DNA of 64,000 nucleotides from Spizellomyces punctatus DAOM BR117 (Eukaryota): NCBI GenBank assembly GCA_000182565.2, contig KQ257453.1; one strand, 5' to 3'. Shown piece by piece: positions 58,442 to 64,000 of this stretch (position 1 is its first letter; each line of letters starts with the position of its first letter). The notes under the pieces were generated by a model. It saw only the letters and a program-made list of their open reading frames with translations, ran no database searches and was not told where the DNA came from. The position numbers and the translations under genes were made by a program.

Positions 58442-61400
58442 TCAAGCCTTTCTATCTATCAGTTGCTGTTGCCGTGTTGTCAGGGTCGGTCCAGTATATC
58501 CATGATCCTTTAGCGACGGCAGATACTCTGCATGGTAAAATGCGTAGTGCAACTGGCGATGGCTATGTGGGCCAGCGTCTACATGGTAGGTTGCGGTGTG
58601 ATGCCCGATGTCGGGATCTGCGAGATGTGGGGTCACTGCATGGATTTGCGGCTCGGGGGATTCTTTGTCGCGATGGTTTCTCATCAGTTTTTTGGATACG
58701 TAATTGTTGATTAGCAGGACTGGACCTGGTGCTGTTACTCAAGCGTCGGTCATACAGTAATGATGGCAGTAATCCCCGAAAAAAATCTTACTTTTGCCAA
58801 GGTTCGTCTGAGCAGGATTTTCAAAGTGATGGTCTAACGGTGGCAATCTCTTCGGCTCTCGTCGCTGTAGGTAGTCGGGTCTTAGGTCTTTTGCTGTCAG
58901 AACATCCCATTCATAGATTACGCCATTACGTGTGGCCTCGCCACCATGCTTCAATGCGGAAGCATGTTGCAATGCTTGTATAGTTTTCAGGCGTTCCATT
59001 GGATCTAATGGAGAAGAAAGTGCGGTTAAGAACGCATATTTGACCCGATACGCCGGTACTAGGTATGACCTTTTAAGCGCTCGCGTAACTTGGCTTGTTT
59101 CTGCATCTTGGCATCACGTCCAATCTTGCGTTGCAATAATGCTTGAGTTACCTCGCTGGAGAGGTTCCTAGTGTTGTCAAAAGTTAATAAATGCCATTTT
59201 AACATAATTACTCAACTTCTTACCATGCAGTTTTCTCTCCTTCTGCTCCTATGTCTTCCGGTTGTTTCTCTGCCTCATGCTCCGGTTGATCCGGGACAGA
59301 CTGATGCAATCTGTCCGCTTGGGATCTCCTCGACAATAGCATAGACGCAGTCATTCCAGTAGGATCTCTACCCTCAGGACTTGGTGTTCGCCTGATGCTC
59401 ATTTCTCGAGCATCGCCGAACGCCGTCCGGCCAGGTGATGGTGTCTTAACCATGCCTCGACTGACTAGCAACATGTGTAATGGGTCTCGAGGTCCTATCG
59501 GTGGCGCATCGTTGGAATTTAAGAGCGTCTCGAACTGCAAGTACCATTGTAACAACAGTCTGTCATAGGCAACCAAAAATGGAATGGCATTGAGTGTTTA
59601 TACCTGCTGACGGAGCACCGCTTCTGCGTCTTTATGAACGGCAGCCCCGTATTGTTTTGATACTCTCCTTTGAATAGGGGGTTTGACAGGCTGCGAGAAA
59701 TGCACAAGATTCTCGGTTTGCAGGTAAGAATCCATCTTTTCATCAAATTCATTTTCATTGGCATTATCTAGCCACTTGTGCACATCCGTTTCTGAAGTAG
59801 ATCAAAGTGAGAAACAGACGTCATAATACGCATGCGATGCTAGCGCGCGATCCTACCGAGATCGTCAAGGTCATCCGGACTATGAGGTCTGGCAACAGGC
59901 CGAGGTGTTGGAACTTGGTGGGGCGGTTTGGATATCCCAGCTTTTGAGACCAACGCTTTCGCAGAAGATTTGCGCTTCTCTTTCTTGTACCATTCATATA
60001 TTTTGTGGCCTAGATGTGGATCTCAACATTCGAAAATAAGCGGACGTATTCATCCACAATGCCGTACCTCGCCATGTAGCCTGTATGAGAACTGCTGCGG
60101 CCTGTTGCCGTGCATGCGCAAGCTGAATGTTCACATTTTCCAGCTTGCGCAGCTTGTACTGTCTCCAGCACTTTTGTATCAGGCGAGCGGCTTGCAAAAA
60201 AGTTTGGTAAGAGGCAGCTCGCTATGAAAAGTGAGGTAAATTATCCATACCTCCATTTCGGCGCAGCTTTGCGCGCCGTACCATTCTTCCACGCCAGAGA
60301 GCCTGTATCGTGGCGATTGAAGCATCCTTAATTCGATCAGAAAGCTCTTCCACGCAAGCCATAAGCGCCATGTCACTGTTTAGGCCACTTTACTCTAAGC
60401 AGGAATATAATAATCACAACGTGAAAAGTGTAACTTACAAATTCGGTTCTTGTCGCTTCAAGAGGCTCTCAATTTCCGACACATGCTGCTGAAGGAGCGC
60501 TGCGAGCCAATTGATCCTACGCTCCTGTAGCTGAAGAACGATTCTCATCTCCTCGGTTTCCGAGAGAGAAGACGGTGCGTACAGGTAGCGTAGATACGGT
60601 TTGTACTGCGCCCCCATGAAGGTAGCAATGTTCTGAATTTAGCACACATGAAGAGTGAGCTTCATTGTCTTTACACTCCAAAGCACACAATCACAATACC
60701 CTGTGTTGGGCTTGTACAACCCGCCGAAAGTCTTGTAGGCATTGGGCCTTTTCTCCAGTACTGCAACAAGCATTCGGCAAATCAATTACATGCCTACGAA
60801 CAACAGCAATGTAACTGTTACCTTTGATGCTCGTCTTCAATAAAGGTACGCAAGTACTTGCACGCTGCTTTGCACCATTTGACGACCTTGACAGACGTAT
60901 ATTTCGCGAAGCGCTTTTGGCCCTTTGCCTTCGCAAGGTCTTCAATCGTTCGACCGTTGATAGACTGATAATGTTGATGAGACACACATTTTTATTCACA
61001 ATGGTGCCGTCTTTGAGCAATACCTTGATTCTAGGGAAGAGGACCGCAATCACTTTATGAAAGTTGGCGTCATGCACGATGGGGTTGTCTGTCAAATCAA
61101 TAGACTTCAGATCCCGGCAGACGGCGAGCCCAAAGATAGAAGTGAAGTCTTGAGTGGAACCAGAATTAGCGCGTTCATGCAGTTTGCTTCCTGTATTATG
61201 AACCTCATTACCTGCGAGATAGTTATTCGCCAGATTCAATTCTTGGAGGAAAGGAGCCATTGCTAGTGGCTCAATGTATTTGACATGATTGTCAGAGAGA
61301 TTGATGATGCGTAGGCGGGGAGACCATTTGGCGATGTTCAAATTTCTGACAGAATGAGGGAAATCGTTAGCCAGCATAGCTTAGTGATTGTGAGATGACA

Positions 61401-64000
61401 TACCTTATATTGTTGTGGTGGACATCAAGTTCACAGAGCATGTTATTCGGAATCCTTGGAAACTCCGTGTAAACATTCTCCGATAAACTTAAATATTGAA
61501 GTAGCTTGCAATCGGATATGGACTCCAGTGTTGGATTGTGGAGTCGATTTTGAGATACATCAAGATACAAGAGCTGACGCAAAGCTTCCAAGTGTCCTAG
61601 TTCGACAAGCTATGAAAGATGTTATCCGTCACGTTTTCATTATGGTCATAAAGCCAAGTACAGGCTGCTCATACCTGAGTATTGCGAAGAACCAGAACAT
61701 GCATAGATTTGGCGGAAGAGAGGAATTCCAGACTTTTCAGTGGATTATGACTGAGATCCAAAACGTGTAAATGGGCACACGCACTTATATGCTATGAGCA
61801 GCATGATTTTTAGAATTGATTCATTTATAACCTCAATCTGGATAAACAATACCGAAATTTCCGATAAATCATTGTTCGCTGCATTGAGTGATCGCAACTC
61901 TGTAAACCAACCAAGATCTAAAGTCGTATAATGGTTTCCCTATAAAATACCTCGTTTTGTTGATATCCATCCCAAAATGACATAGTTACAAGGTGAACAA
62001 CAACTTGCCTGCAAACTCAGTGACCTGAGATCTTTTAGACCTTCGAGGCCCCGCACGTCGCTCAACATATTATTGTCAAGGATGACATGGCGAATTTTGG
62101 GAGCCGCCTCCAAATTGGGTATCTGATGGAAAACCTTATTTAGAAAATTCCCCAATAACGGCATGCCCATCGATTCAAAACGCACTTTCGTCAAAGATGT
62201 CTCCTTTAACTCCAAAGATTCCAGCTCCAGTAGCTCTGCTGCAGAAGCCTCACTACTCTGTCGCTGCCTTTTCAGCGATCCCAAGAGCAAATCCAACTCC
62301 CGTTTCCTCGCCGCCTCTTCTTCCTCGAGACGTTTCAAAAGCAGTGCATCACGCTGCGCTTTCTTTTGTTGTAACTGGTTCGTCTGACGTTCAATCTCTT
62401 CATTTTTGCTTTCAATATCCGATGACGAGGCCGTTGCCTTCTCAATGAGAGGACGCGCTTCTTCCCGAAGCTTTGCAATATCCGACGCCAGTTTCTCCGC
62501 TGTCTGTTTTTTGTTGGTCAGCTTATCTTCTGCGCTTCTCTGCAGCGACTGCTGGGACTCGAGCAACGGATTTAACCGCCCCATCAGCACGGCAGCTCTA
62601 TCACGTTCTTTATCAAACGCAACCTTTGCGTCATTCGCAAACCAGGCTACCAATCGACGAGTTTTTTCCTGTACATCACGCTGCCGTTGTTTAAATTCAC
62701 GTATTGCACGGGAATGGGTAGTTTTGCTAGTACTGAAGGAGTCGAGACGGAATCGAAGCTTGGATTGCTCTCCCGCTTCCTCTCTCTGTCTCCCTGTAAT
62801 AAAATCGTACTCTGCCCTTAAATTCCGCTCTGTAGCCCGGAGTAATTTTTCCTCCTATGATGGACATTAACATCGGCATCGGTAAACGTCATCGTCTGAA
62901 AAAGGGAAACGAACCTCACTTTCCACGTCCGTGACCGCAGGTGTTTCAACCAAAGCCATTATCGGAAGAATTTCAGTAGTATGATAAGCTTGGGGTGATG
63001 CGGCCCGTTGTGAAGCCAAGACTTCCTGCTGGATATCCAGGAGCGACCGATTACTGCCATTTCTCTCCGGAAGCCCCTCAGCTAAGGACCTGGTCGCAGT
63101 TAACCCTAACGTTTCCTCTACCAGCTCTCGGCGAAGCGGAGGGTCTAAAGGTATTCCAGCTTTTTCTGCTTCCTTGTGCAAAGATTCAAGTAGCGCCTCC
63201 TCACTTGCTGACTTTGTCTGCAAAATACTGTAGCCAACCTTCAGCATTGTGGGAAACAAAAAATAATAGGCCAACTAATCGTACCTCAACCGCTGATTCA
63301 GCTCCGATTCAACTTCTTCCAGGTGACGATCTAATTCTGCTTGGTCCAGATGCGTATCCATTGTCCCATTTTCGATGTTATCACTGACAGAATCGACGTC
63401 TTTCAAATAGGAATCTGTATCTGCCTTCCATTCCGAATAATCTATGTTTTCTGCGACCATTGCAGGTGTATCTGTGTCAATATCATCAATATCACTAAAT
63501 GAGAAACATACGGTCAGAGGCAATCAATAAATCCGTCCTTCAGGCATGACTATGTAAAGTAAGACATACGCTGGTAAGTGCGGTTGGAGGTCGATAGTAG
63601 CAATGGGCGTATCGAGCGGTAACTCCAGGGAGGAACGAGAGGAACCCATCAGATACTCCTCGAGATCTGCGGGTGGCAGCTCGTCTTCAGTGAAGTTATT
63701 ATCATATTCTCTGCGGTCTGCCTCTCTGGATTCTATGGTCTGAATATAGTCCGCCCAAGATTCCATTCTCTACATTAAAAGTCCTGTGAGATATGAGACA
63801 TAGATCGGCGACCAAATCATCTGCGGATCACCTCCAGTGTCGGAAGCTCGCTATCATCAGAGTCATCTTGTATCGTAGGAGAGGTGGTTCCATTTGTCTC
63901 TTCATCCGAAACATGTTCGTCGTCTTCTTCAGTTGACTAAGCTTTCAGAGGCATGGCAAAATGATCAGCTAGTTCCTTAAACTTTGGATAGGGCCGTAAC
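58442..64000 (-). CDS. LRR and IQ-motif protein (LRRIQ1-like), 5' end outside the window
   Basis: Acidic N-terminus, coiled coil, many LRRs ('LRIINLSDNHV', 'LQELNLANNYL', 'LKSIDLTDNPI'), IQ motifs ('AARLIQKCWRQYKLRK', 'AAVLIQATWRG'), and a C-terminal 'W...RERLKDPMERL' motif. Confidence 0.8.

Overview
Gene-dense, intron-rich eukaryotic DNA with short GT-AG introns of about 55-100 nt. It holds about 29 protein-coding genes, a U5 snRNA gene and a candidate intronic C/D snoRNA. Ciliary genes (PIERCE-type, ARL13B-like, LRRIQ1-like) occur alongside fungal-type genes (ARO3/4 DAHP synthase, HAL2, Bem1-like), which points to a zoosporic, chytrid-like fungus (inference). Most genes are housekeeping. 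The main exception is an accessory-looking stretch at about 16.5-19.3 kb. It has local repeats and an intronless secreted ORF laid out like a Kex2-processed killer preprotoxin (signal-pro-KR-alpha-KR-gamma-KR-beta). Other points of note: a pyruvate kinase paralog with substituted catalytic residues; a U5 snRNA / U11-U12-35K / TCERG1 neighbourhood; nicastrin; a frameshifted Nup2/Nup50; and a small orphan gene with a triplicated promoter motif. Exon boundaries were inferred by eye and no database searches were run.
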